A stretch of 64,000 bases of DNA from an uncultured candidate division Zixibacteria bacterium. Its GTDB lineage: Bacteria > Zixibacteria > MSB-5A5 > GN15 > FEB-12. The notes beneath the pieces are model-generated. The model ran no database searches, was not told the DNA's origin, and saw only the letters and a program-made list of their open reading frames with translations. The stretch spans positions 2,304,001-2,368,000 of the forward strand of contig OY760907.1 of NCBI GenBank assembly GCA_963664195.1, given 5' to 3'. This document shows, one piece after another, positions 38,701-48,684 of the stretch (positions within the stretch are counted from its first letter, which is position 1; the number at the start of each line of letters is the position of its first letter). The translations under genes and the position numbers were made by a program.

Positions 38701-40609
38701 CTGGATCTACTCGCCGGTGATCGACTGCGCCGAGATGACAGGGGTGGAGATGCGCTACTGGCACTGGCTGGGTTGTGAGTCCTCGACTTATGACCATGCG
38801 CATTTTGAGGTATTCGACGGCGAGAACTGGGTAAACCTGTTCTCGAACAGCGCCACGAACCAGGAGACCGCCTGGGCGGAAGAGTTCTACGACATGTCGG
38901 CCATCGCGGACAACAACCCGGGCTTCCAGATGCGCTGGGGTCTAGGCTCGACCGACGGTTCGGGAGAGTACTCCGGTTGGAACATTGATGATATCGAGTT
39001 GAAGGGATACAGCGGCAGTGGTTCCGCTTCGATGAGCTTTGCTCCGGCCGTTCTGGTTGACAGCCTTCAGCCCGGTGAATCCGGTGAGCAGTCGATCCGC
39101 GTGTACAACACGGGCGATGGCAGCCTTGGAGTCTGGTTCTCGACCAACGATGCCTGGTTGAACTTCGCCTACGACAAGGTAACGGTTCCTGCCGGTGATA
39201 GTGTCGACGTAGTCGTGACGATCCAGACGACCGGTCTGCTTGGTGGTGATCATGTTGGCGCGATGAACTTTACATCAAACGACAACTCGAATGCCAGCGG
39301 CAGTGTCCCGGTGCAGTTGCACGTGTACTCGCCGAAGATGGAGATCGCAGAGACGAGCATTGAGCAGCGTGTGTCTCCGGAAGAGACGGCGACATATGAG
39401 CTGGTCGTGACGAACAGCGGTCCGGGTAACCTTCTCTATTCGGTAGGTTGCCAGATGGATATGAAGGCCAACGGTGTTGCCGCAGTTCAGGAGACCGCAA
39501 CGCCTATCGGCTACCGCGCAACCGATCCTGACAAGGGTGGTCAGCAGGAGCCGTTCTATGATACCCAGACGAAGGGATCGGGCGGTCCGGATGCCTACGG
39601 TTACACGTGGATAGATTCCGACGAAGCTGGTGGTCCGGTGTTTGGCTGGATTGACATTTCGACGTTGGGCACGGAGATCACGCTTAGTGATGACAACTAT
39701 GCTCCGTCGTACGGATCGCCTTTGGCGATCGGCTTTGACTTCCCGTTCTACGACAGCCTGTACAGTGCGTTGTACATCGGCTCGAACGGCTTTATTTCGT
39801 TTGATTCGGGTTACGGTCGGGCCTCAGGCGGTCCTCTTCCTGATGACAACTTCAAGTCGTACATAGGCGTGTGGCACGATGACATTGATCCTCCAGAAGT
39901 CCCGGGTCATGTGTACTATTACCATGATGCGGCTAACGGTCGTTTCATTGTCAGCTACGACCATGTGCGCAACTATGTGAGTCCGGCCGGGACCGGCGAC
40001 CTGTCCTTCCAGATTCTTCTGTACGCGAACGGGCAGATCACGTTCCAGTACGACACGATGGATCCGGGTTCAGACACCGAAGGTCTGAACAGCGCCACAA
40101 TCGGAATTCAGAACTCAGCCGCAAACGATGCGTTGCAGGTTCTGTATAACGCGGCGTACATGCACGACCAGTTGGCGATCAATATCGGCGCCGCGTCGTG
40201 GCTTTCGGCCGAGCCGGCGAGCGGCACGGTTGAACCGTACGGCACGCGGACGGTGCACGTGAACTTTGACGCCGCCGGTATGGAGCTTGGTGACTACACC
40301 GGCTCGGTAGTGTTCAACTGCAACGACGGTGACACGCCGACAATGTCGCTTCCGGTAACGATGACGATATCTGCCGGTTGTTGTTCCGGTCCGTCGGTGG
40401 GTAATGTGGACGGCAGTGTTGACGAGTTGGTGACGATGAATGATCTGACGGTTCTGATCGACCATCTATTCATCAGCATGGATCCGCTGGTTTGTCCGGC
40501 CGAGGGCAATACGGATTTGAGTGCCGATGAATTGGTGACGATGAGCGACCTGACGGTACTGATCGACCACCTGTTTATCAGCCTGGATCCTCTGCCGCCG
40601 TGTCCGTAA
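35799..40609 (+). CDS. Gingipain-like C25 cysteine protease with propeptide, Ig-like/adhesin modules and C-terminal dockerin-like domain; split by a frameshift near 37650-37657
   Basis: Propeptide GEPQLP...QYNP; catalytic YTGHG and SVACVNG; FGDPSL. The reading ...SAYTDG continues in the -1 frame as GLASIPFTDQLPVGEAVTLTVT. Ends in a 76-aa duplicated EF-hand-like domain (40379-40609). Confidence 0.88.
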
Positions 40610-40675
40610 TCTGTTAGATTGATACCGGTTGGGTGACTGTCCAAACGACAACACTCAACCAGAGAGATCGATACC

Positions 40676-40713
40676 AACCGGCCGCCCCATACAGGGACGG
40701 CCGGTTCCTTTGT
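40676..40713 (+). terminator. Probable intrinsic terminator
   Basis: AACCGGCCGCCCC-ataca-GGGACGGCCGGTT, then CCTTTGT. Confidence 0.6.
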
Positions 40714-40747
40714 GAGGACGTGAATTTGATCAGATGATACACAGAGC

Positions 40748-40776
40748 TTGCGCACTGGGGGAATATCCTCTATACT
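40748..40776 (+). promoter_or_regulatory. Candidate sigma70 promoter for the DUF3857 pair
   Basis: TTGCGC-17 bp-TATACT. Confidence 0.45.
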
Positions 40777-40900
40777 CTGAGGACGGTCTTGTCCACGTAA
40801 GGGATTGACAATGCCCGTAAGACACACAGCAATGAACTCCGCGACCGGTGATCAGAGCGATTGATCTCCGCTTATGGAAAAACCGACATGGGGAGGTATC

Positions 40901-42850
40901 ATGTCCTTCACGCGCCCGATTATCAGCTCCACCTGCACTCTAGTAATTCTGCTTCTCATCTCTTGCTCCGTGTATTCTCAGGACTGGGGGAAAATCTCCG
41001 ATGAGGAATGGCGTGCGGGGGCACCCGAAGACTATCCTGAGGCCAATGCTATAATCCTGTTCGACAAGGCAGCCATGCATGTCGGCTCGGACGTGATCAA
41101 GATAGACTACCACACGAGAGTTAAGATTCTAAACCAGGCCGGTGTGGAGGAGGCAGGCGATTGGTCACTGACATTTGATGAGGAATACGACAAGGTCAAG
41201 GGGTTCAAGGCCCACACGATCACACCGGACGGCAAAAAGCACAAGGTGGAAAAAGATGCGATTTTCGAGAAAGAAGTTGGTCGTTGGACAGAACGATCCT
41301 TCACTTTTCCTGCGCTGGAGCCGGGGACGATTCTCGAATACAAGTATCAGATACGTACCGAGCGCTTCTGGTACCTGAAACCGCGATTCTTCCAAAATTA
41401 CCTGTACACAATGCTGTCGGAGTTTTCGGTGACGCTTGTTGCCGGTTGGTCATACGATGTCTCATACCAGAACATCCATCCTCGATTGCAGACGCCGGTT
41501 GTCGTTGAAGTGCCTAATCCGAATCCCACTTTCGGTCACGTCAGCAAGATGAAGAAGTACACCTGGAAGCTGGTTGACCTGGTCCCTATGAACGACGAGC
41601 CATACATGAGTTCTATCGATGACTATCGGTCTTCAATGAGGTTCCAGATCGAATCCTACCGTACACCGACCGGTATTCAGACGTTCAAGAAGAGTTGGAG
41701 CGAGATCGGAGAGGACCTGCAGAGGGACTTCGGGACATACTTCAACAAAGGGGGCAAGCTCAAGGATATTGTGACGCAAATCACTGCCGGCCTGACCGAC
41801 GACCGGGACAAGTCGCGCGCCCTTTTTGATTACGTGAAATCGGAGATCGCCACGCTTGAGCACAATTACTGGTACTGGTTTGCTCACGAGAAATTCTCCA
41901 AGTTGTTGGAGGTGCAGGGAGAGACGGCGTCCGGCAAAAACCTCCTGCTGGCGGAGCTGCACAAGGAAGCCGGGTTGGTCGCGTACCCTGTCCTCATCAG
42001 CACCAGGGCAAATGGGAAACTTGATCCCTCGTTTCCGAATATTCAACAGTTCAACAGAGTTGTCGCCTTCGTTCAACTTGGCAACGAATGGGAGTTCCTG
42101 GATACTTCAAACAGGAATGCTGTGTACGGTTTGCTCCCCCCCTACTGTCTGTCCGATGCGGGTCTGCTGATCGACGGCAAGCAGTCGGAACTGGTGCGAG
42201 TCACGACAAAGTCAGCCAATTCCTACAGGGCCGACGAGACAAGAATGCACGTGGATGCCGAAGGCCTCGTGACCTGCAGTACCTCGTGCCAATTCAGCGG
42301 GTATTGCGCGGCAAGCTATGGCCGACAGTACGATGAGTCAAAGCCGGATGAGTTTGTCGAGGAACGCATTATTGATAAACTTGATGTTCCCTGTAATCTG
42401 GGCGATTACCATTGCGAGATGGACAGTCTCAACGAGTTTCATATGTACGTCAACTACACATCCGAAGACCTTGCGCGGTCCCTCGATGACAATATCCTCG
42501 TGAAACCGGTTAGTTATGACTTTCGCACGAACCCGTTTGAGAGCGAACGGCGCTACTTTCCTGTTGATTTCGCCTATCCCAGAGTCTACCTGAATACGGT
42601 TCGGATTTTCAGTGAGGACGAAGCCGTTTCACTGGTGCTTCCGGAGGACATTCTGAAGGAGAGGGCGGGGATTACGTTCAAGAGGAATAGTTACATTGAA
42701 GATTCCTGTGTGGTGGTTGTGTCTCGATTAGAGATTGCAGAGCCCCTATTTTCACCTCGTGAGTACGGTAGTTTGAGACACCTGTTCGAAGACATTGCGA
42801 TTGCTTCTGAAGACGAAGTTGCGATAGTGCTTTCAGAGAGTGATCTGTAG
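40901..42850 (+). CDS. DUF3857 / transglutaminase-like secreted protein, catalytically degenerate
   Basis: GGAGG RBS, signal peptide, FTFPALEPGTILEYKY (DUF3857). TGase-like core has GETASGKN, FNRVV and LDTS instead of GDCKD, FNH and LDPT. Confidence 0.8.
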   Translation: MSFTRPIISSTCTLVILLLISCSVYSQDWGKISDEEWRAGAPEDYPEANAIILFDKAAMHVGSDVIKIDYHTRVKILNQAGVEEAGDWSLTFDEEYDKVKGFKAHTITPDGKKHKVEKDAIFEKEVGRWTERSFTFPALEPGTILEYKYQIRTERFWYLKPRFFQNYLYTMLSEFSVTLVAGWSYDVSYQNIHPRLQTPVVVEVPNPNPTFGHVSKMKKYTWKLVDLVPMNDEPYMSSIDDYRSSMRFQIESYRTPTGIQTFKKSWSEIGEDLQRDFGTYFNKGGKLKDIVTQITAGLTDDRDKSRALFDYVKSEIATLEHNYWYWFAHEKFSKLLEVQGETASGKNLLLAELHKEAGLVAYPVLISTRANGKLDPSFPNIQQFNRVVAFVQLGNEWEFLDTSNRNAVYGLLPPYCLSDAGLLIDGKQSELVRVTTKSANSYRADETRMHVDAEGLVTCSTSCQFSGYCAASYGRQYDESKPDEFVEERIIDKLDVPCNLGDYHCEMDSLNEFHMYVNYTSEDLARSLDDNILVKPVSYDFRTNPFESERRYFPVDFAYPRVYLNTVRIFSEDEAVSLVLPEDILKERAGITFKRNSYIEDSCVVVVSRLEIAEPLFSPREYGSLRHLFEDIAIASEDEVAIVLSESDL

Positions 42851-44776
42851 ATGGGCTACGTCTCAGACGAGCAATCATGCGCGGGGAGGGCTGCGCTACA
42901 TGCCTTGATATCTGCAACAGTCGGCTATGTTTTCTTGGCGCTGGTTATCTCTGGCGCCGGTTCTCTCGCATATGCTGAATCAGACGAGGGAGCTGTCTAT
43001 GACTACGAACGTTGGGATTGTCGTATCGGCGAAGATGGAAGCAGCCTGACGCTCAAATGCTCGGCCAAACGTACAATCGAAAGCGCCGTGGGGGAGGGGT
43101 ACAATCGATTGTCTCTTCACGTTGGCAGGTTCAGCGAATTGAAATCTGTTTGCGCTCGTGTCATCGACGCGCAGGGAAAACAGGTGTACGAGCGGAAGAA
43201 GGGTGACTTTGAGAAGGCCAGCGGATATGACGGAAGCTCTCTCTACAGTGACGACTGCACGTACTTCTCCGAGCTGAAGGCGGCGCAGTTTCCGTACTCG
43301 ATTGAATACGAATACGAAGTGGAGCATCGTTCGCTGTTCTTCTGGCCCGATGTCTGGCTGCAGTACAGTATTCCGATTACGGAAGCGGCATACACTTTGC
43401 ACGCTCCACGCGGATTTCAGTTCGATTACAAGATGTTCGGCGAGAATGTTGAATTTTCACGAGGCGGCAACTCATACGGTGACGTCTACTCTTGGAGATC
43501 GCGAAACGTGCCGGCACTCGACGATGTCGATTACGTGCCGGCCGGCGATCAGGAACGAAGGCGTGTCGTGTTTTCTCCGAAACGCTTCGCCATGGATTCC
43601 TACGAGTGCACCGACAACACCTGGAAGGCAATTGGTGACTGGTATCTTGATCTGACCGCCGAGCAGTACTTGAGTGCTATGCCGGAAGGTGTCTCAATCG
43701 CCGGTGACTCGCAGCAGGAGATTGCGAAAGCGTGTTACGATGAAGTCGTCAACCACACGCGGTATGTTGCCGTCCAAATCGGCGTTGGTGGCTGGCAACC
43801 CTATGCTGCTGAATTGACGTGGGAGCGCGGCTACGGCGATTGCAAGGATATGTCGACGCTTCTCGTGTCGCTGCTCAGGCTGAACGGAATTGAGGCGTAT
43901 CCCGTACTGATACGCACCAGAGACCGGAGACCGCTCGACGTCGAGTTCCCGAGTACAGGATTCGGTCATGTGATAACGGTCGCTGTCGCAGACGGGGATA
44001 CGGTGTGGATGGACCCCACCTGCGATAAGTGTGAGTACGGCGATCTGCCGTGGTCGGATGAAGATGTTGAAGTGGTTGTCGTCACAAATCGTGGAGGCGA
44101 GATATGGAGAACTGCGGCCAGTGAGTGTGACGACAATTCGACTGTACGCAAGAGTCATATTGCTATCGCGGCCAACGGCAGGGCGAGTCTTGCTGTCGAG
44201 TATTGCGTTTCCGGTAACTATGCCAGGTATCTTCGCGACTACATTCCGGGCCTGGACCAGGACGAACTGAAGCGGTTTGTGGGGCGAAGATTGCCCGGTG
44301 GAGAAAAGCGGTATCGCGTCTTGTCGCATGAGATACTGAACCTTGAGGATCGTGAGGCACCGCTGGTCATCAACATTGAAGGGAGCCGTATCAAGAAGTT
44401 GGACAAAATCGGCAAAAAGCTCTACTGCAGTCCCTATGAGTTTTTCGAATTGAGTGATCGCGAGGAGGAGGAGTTTGACGGCCGTGAATATCCGCTCGAC
44501 CTCGTTTATCCGGATGTAATTGTTGATTCCGTTACGGTGACTTGGGATGAGAATGTCTCTGCAGACTCTATAGCAGTGCCCCGGGCAGACAGTGCAGTGT
44601 TTCCGTTTGGAGAAGTGCATACGAACTCGGAGATCGCAGGAGATACAGTTCGCGTCAGTTTCAGCAAGGCCTATCATGCGTATTCCGTAGACACGTCACA
44701 ATTCGTTGATTTTGAAACCTTTAGGAAGAAGATCAAGAAGATTGGCAAACGCAACGTCAAGCTGATCGGCAACTGA
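42851..44776 (+). CDS. DUF3857 / transglutaminase-like protein with intact Cys-His-Asp triad
   Basis: RYVAVQIGVGGWQP, GYGDCKD, FGHVI and WMDPT. Starts directly after the upstream stop codon. Confidence 0.85.
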   Translation: MGYVSDEQSCAGRAALHALISATVGYVFLALVISGAGSLAYAESDEGAVYDYERWDCRIGEDGSSLTLKCSAKRTIESAVGEGYNRLSLHVGRFSELKSVCARVIDAQGKQVYERKKGDFEKASGYDGSSLYSDDCTYFSELKAAQFPYSIEYEYEVEHRSLFFWPDVWLQYSIPITEAAYTLHAPRGFQFDYKMFGENVEFSRGGNSYGDVYSWRSRNVPALDDVDYVPAGDQERRRVVFSPKRFAMDSYECTDNTWKAIGDWYLDLTAEQYLSAMPEGVSIAGDSQQEIAKACYDEVVNHTRYVAVQIGVGGWQPYAAELTWERGYGDCKDMSTLLVSLLRLNGIEAYPVLIRTRDRRPLDVEFPSTGFGHVITVAVADGDTVWMDPTCDKCEYGDLPWSDEDVEVVVVTNRGGEIWRTAASECDDNSTVRKSHIAIAANGRASLAVEYCVSGNYARYLRDYIPGLDQDELKRFVGRRLPGGEKRYRVLSHEILNLEDREAPLVINIEGSRIKKLDKIGKKLYCSPYEFFELSDREEEEFDGREYPLDLVYPDVIVDSVTVTWDENVSADSIAVPRADSAVFPFGEVHTNSEIAGDTVRVSFSKAYHAYSVDTSQFVDFETFRKKIKKIGKRNVKLIGN

Positions 44777-44879
44777 TCGAGTCGTCTGCGCGTTCCTCTC
44801 CGCGCTTTTTGTTGACGAGATACATCCGCTTTCCCTACGGTGTCAGCAGTAACCTAACCTCGAATCAGAGGATTCTGCT

Positions 44880-45881
44880 ATGAAGAACAATCGAATGCTG
44901 CATGTGGCGACATTTCTCTCAGCGGGCGCGGCGCTGGCTCTCGCGACTGTGAGTGCCGCTGAGTTGACACGGGACCAGCAGGACATCGCGACCTTCTCTA
45001 TCGTTGCTCATGACTCGATAACAGGAGAACTCGGTGTGGCTGTTGCCTCGCGGTTTTTTGCTGTGGGCAGTGTGGTGCCCTGGGCAGAGGCAGGTGTGGG
45101 GGCGGTGGCGACGCAGTCTTTTGCCAACACGACTTTCGGTTCGCGCGGGTTGGAGTTGCTCGACAAGGGGCTTACTCCCGATGAGGCTATGGAGGTGTTG
45201 CTTCGCGGCGACGACAAACCGGAGCGACGTCAGGTGGGCATAGTATCAGCCGATGGCAGCTCGGCCACCTACACGGGAACGGGCTGCATGGATTGGGCCG
45301 GGGGGCGTCGCGGAGTCGGGTATGCCGTGCAGGGGAATATCCTCGCCGGGGAAACTGTCGTGACAGCAATGGAAAGCGCCTATCTTGAAACCGAGGGCAC
45401 TCTGGCCGATCGCTTGTACGCGGCTTTGCTGGCAGGTGAGGCAAACGGGGGAGACTCACGTGGAAAGCAGTCCGCGGCTCTGCTCGTCGTCAGGGAAGGA
45501 GCCGGTTATGGAGGATACACGGATAGGGCTATTGACATACGTGTCGATGACCATGCCGAACCGTTTATGGAGCTTGGTCGTATTCTCAAACTAGCCCAGG
45601 TCAACTATGCCTGGAACGATGCCTGGACTTTGTTCACGCAGGAGATGTTTGCCGAGGCCTTGCCGTATATGGAGCATACTGCCGCGTTGGCTCCGGAACA
45701 TCCGGAAGTGCTTTATGATCTGGCGGTGATTCGTCTGGCGGCAGGAAACGTCGAGGAGGCGATGGCTGCTCTTGAGAAAGCGCTGAAGCTCAATCCGAAA
45801 CTGGTCGCCGGTGCGAGAACGGACGGGGATCTCGATGCGCTTCGGGGGCGAGAGGATTTCGAAGTGCTGATTGAAGAGTGA
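44880..45881 (+). CDS. DUF1028 (Ntn-hydrolase-like) secreted protein with C-terminal TPR
   Basis: Signal peptide, then TFSIVA...GVAVAS...GAVATQ...QGNIL...GGDSRGKQSAAL...RVDDH; TPR tail. Confidence 0.85.
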   Translation: MKNNRMLHVATFLSAGAALALATVSAAELTRDQQDIATFSIVAHDSITGELGVAVASRFFAVGSVVPWAEAGVGAVATQSFANTTFGSRGLELLDKGLTPDEAMEVLLRGDDKPERRQVGIVSADGSSATYTGTGCMDWAGGRRGVGYAVQGNILAGETVVTAMESAYLETEGTLADRLYAALLAGEANGGDSRGKQSAALLVVREGAGYGGYTDRAIDIRVDDHAEPFMELGRILKLAQVNYAWNDAWTLFTQEMFAEALPYMEHTAALAPEHPEVLYDLAVIRLAAGNVEEAMAALEKALKLNPKLVAGARTDGDLDALRGREDFEVLIEE

Positions 45882-46084
45882 TCAAGCGGCAAACACTTTC
45901 TACTTATCGATGCTTCGCGTAGAGTGAGGAGAACTCCGGGGCCTGCCCGTTTTGCATGTTGCCAAGTGTCAATAGTGATTGCAGTTTCCGTTTTGACTAA
46001 ACAAAAACGCACGCGGTCCGTAAGTAAAGGGATGGATAAGAGAAGACTTGTTTTACTCCCCTGCAGATTCGGAGATATCTCTTT

Positions 46085-48466
46085 ATGAAATGCCGCAACT
46101 ACCTGGTGATAGCTTTGATGTCGATTACGTTGATCGCATTGGAGTTATCCTGGACCCGGATTTTCTCGGCTGAATTCTTCTACACTTTTGCGTTTCTTGT
46201 ACTCTCGCTGGCGATACTAGGCCTCGGTTTCGGGGCACTCGCGCTCCGGCTTCTGCCGTTGTTGAATCGGGAGTCGATGCTCGGCGTGTATCTGTCACTG
46301 ACCGGACTGATGGCGATCATCGGTCCGATACTCGTTTTCAAAATCGGTCTTGATTTCTCCCAGTTGTTCAGCAACTGGGGTATGATTGGCAAATTTCTCG
46401 TCACGGTCATACTTCTGAGTTCGGCCTTCTTCTGGGGCGGTATTGGTTTGGCGATGCTGTTTAAACGGAATCACGAGGACATGCCACGATTGTATATGGC
46501 CGACCTTGTAGGTGCCGGTGTGGGGGTGGTTGCGATCATCTGGCTGATGAATACGTTCGGAACCCCGGCGGCAACGTTCCTGATTGCTTTCCCTATTCTC
46601 ATAGCCGCTCTCCTGACCAGCAAGGGGGCGATGAAGGCTGTACCGATCGTGTTGGCTCTGGCTGTCGTCTGGCTCTGCCCGAAGGCCCCCGGCCTGCTTG
46701 AGGTCGAGGGGCAGGACCGTGCCCCGGTCATCTACAAACACTGGGATGCGATGGCCAAGATCAAGGTGTATGATTTCAACGGTTACTACCGTGGTATTGA
46801 AATCGACAACACGGCCAACTCGCCGATTCCGCCGTTCGACGGTGATTTCAACTATGACGATACAACTTCCAACGATTGGTCTATCAACGTTGCTAACCTG
46901 ATTGATCGGTTCGACTCCTGTGTTTTTCTGTCTCTGGGTGCCGGTGGCGGAATGGATGTGCTTCAGGGACTGGCCGAACAGGCAGCCGAGGTTCATGCGG
47001 TCGAGGTCAACCCGCATATCAACCACATGATGCAGCACGGTGATCCCGACGGCTATATCGATTTTGATCCGCCGGCAGAGGATACCACGGTTCAAGAGGA
47101 GCCGGAGGTCGATTCTGCCGGACAAGCTGTTGCGCAGCAACCACCGCCGTATGTGCCGAATTTCCGAGACTCGACCGGTGCGATTATTACCAGCGACAAG
47201 TACTCCGGGAATATCTACAACGATCCGAGAGTGATTGTTGTCTCGGAGGACGCTCGTACGTACGTGAAGCGATTCGAGAACAAATTCGATGTTATCTACT
47301 CGCTAAGTTCCAACACGTGGGCCGCTCTGGCCTCTGGGTCATTTGCCCTGGCGGAGAATTACCTGTTTACCACCGAGGCGTTCATCGACTACTGGAATTG
47401 CCTCAGTGACAGCGGATTCCTTTCAATGGAACATCAGGTGTACATGCCGCGATTGGTATCAGAGTTGACTGATGCGCTGGAGATACTCGGAGTTGAAGAA
47501 CCGACCGATCACTTTGCGATCTACGATATGCCAAACGCCCGAAGGAAGCTGCTGCTGGTTTCAAAACAACCTCTCACAGAGGAGATTGTCGCCAGCGCGT
47601 ACGGACCCCTCGAAGCTGGCGGTGCCTATTCCAAGTATTTGCTTTACCCCGCCGCAGATTCGCTCAAAGACAATCTCATCAATCGCATCGTACAAAACGG
47701 ATGGGAGGGGATAGAGGATGCGCCGGTTGATCTCTCACCGTGCACTGATGATCGTCCGTTCGTCGCGCAGCTGGGACTGTGGAAAAATCTTAGCTGGGAG
47801 CGTTTCGACAAGGTTGGCAAGTTTGCTGATTTCGGCGGTTTTCCGCTGTCGAAGGTGATCATCCTGATTATCCTTGGCGTGGTTATCCTGATCGTTCTCC
47901 CGATCAATCTGATTCCGTACTTCTTAAAAGGGGACAAGCTCAAGGCGGTGCCCTGGCTGTACTTCTTCACGATTGGCATGGCTTTCATGATGGTGGAGGT
48001 AGTGCTCATCCAGAAGTATGCGTTGTTCATTGGGGCATCGATCTACTGCATGGCCACCGTGCTGCTTACACTCCTGGTAGCATCCGGCATCGGCAGTCGA
48101 TTCAGTCAGAGTTTTAGCCACCGCACGGCATTTTTCGGTATTGTTGGATGGATACTGCTCGACGCGCTTGTGTTCCCATTCGTTACCGGCGGGCTGAGTG
48201 GTCTGACGCTAGTCCCAAGAATCATGGCCACGGCGCTGCTTCTATTCCCGCTTGGGTTCTTCATGGGGATGCCTTTCCCGAAGGGGACCAGGCGAGTTGG
48301 AGAGTTGATTGACTGGGGCTTTGCGGTCAATGGAGCCGCCTCGGTGTTGGGTGCGACGCTTGTAGTACTGGTTGCCTTTTCCTACGGTTTTGCTGCGGCG
48401 CTCATACTGGGTGCGGTACTGTACCTGGTGGCATACATGCTGATGTCCGCCAAGTCATCCTGGTGA
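46085..48466 (+). CDS. Polytopic membrane protein with a central class I SAM-dependent (spermidine-synthase-like) domain
   Basis: About 7 N-terminal TMs (LY.ADL.GAG.G), LSLGAGGGMDV, AVEVNP, DAR, ENYLFTTEAF, PCTDDRPF and about 7 C-terminal TMs. Confidence 0.8.
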   Translation: MKCRNYLVIALMSITLIALELSWTRIFSAEFFYTFAFLVLSLAILGLGFGALALRLLPLLNRESMLGVYLSLTGLMAIIGPILVFKIGLDFSQLFSNWGMIGKFLVTVILLSSAFFWGGIGLAMLFKRNHEDMPRLYMADLVGAGVGVVAIIWLMNTFGTPAATFLIAFPILIAALLTSKGAMKAVPIVLALAVVWLCPKAPGLLEVEGQDRAPVIYKHWDAMAKIKVYDFNGYYRGIEIDNTANSPIPPFDGDFNYDDTTSNDWSINVANLIDRFDSCVFLSLGAGGGMDVLQGLAEQAAEVHAVEVNPHINHMMQHGDPDGYIDFDPPAEDTTVQEEPEVDSAGQAVAQQPPPYVPNFRDSTGAIITSDKYSGNIYNDPRVIVVSEDARTYVKRFENKFDVIYSLSSNTWAALASGSFALAENYLFTTEAFIDYWNCLSDSGFLSMEHQVYMPRLVSELTDALEILGVEEPTDHFAIYDMPNARRKLLLVSKQPLTEEIVASAYGPLEAGGAYSKYLLYPAADSLKDNLINRIVQNGWEGIEDAPVDLSPCTDDRPFVAQLGLWKNLSWERFDKVGKFADFGGFPLSKVIILIILGVVILIVLPINLIPYFLKGDKLKAVPWLYFFTIGMAFMMVEVVLIQKYALFIGASIYCMATVLLTLLVASGIGSRFSQSFSHRTAFFGIVGWILLDALVFPFVTGGLSGLTLVPRIMATALLLFPLGFFMGMPFPKGTRRVGELIDWGFAVNGAASVLGATLVVLVAFSYGFAAALILGAVLYLVAYMLMSAKSSW

Positions 48467-48618
48467 CGACAGAGACAATTGTTCCTGTCCGCACGGCGTT
48501 TTCGGTTCAACCGGGAGCGTCGTGTTCCTTTTGTGGGAGTGAGGACGGCAAATTCGTCGGGTTTCTGCCGCCCACGGATTAGTGGATGGAGTATCAAGAA
48601 GGCTGAGGTGGGTAGAAT

Positions 48619-48657
48619 GACGAAGGCCGCCCGGTGTGCTCGGGGGCGGCCTTCGTC
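48619..48657. terminator. 14-bp GC-rich hairpin between convergent genes
   Basis: GACGAAGGCCGCCC-N11-GGGCGGCCTTCGTC; weak U-tract. Confidence 0.55.
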
Positions 48658-48684
48658 GTCTATGATACTGTCGGTCCGGGTGTC

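Noticed and set aside
36300..39000. Apparent shift from G-ending to C-ending codons across the gingipain frameshift
   Set aside because: Impression by eye only; cannot be quantified here.
37691..40609. Independent 972-aa gene starting at GTG 37691
   Set aside because: No signal peptide or RBS, and the frame continues upstream as a natural extension of the C25 domain; treated as one frameshifted gene.
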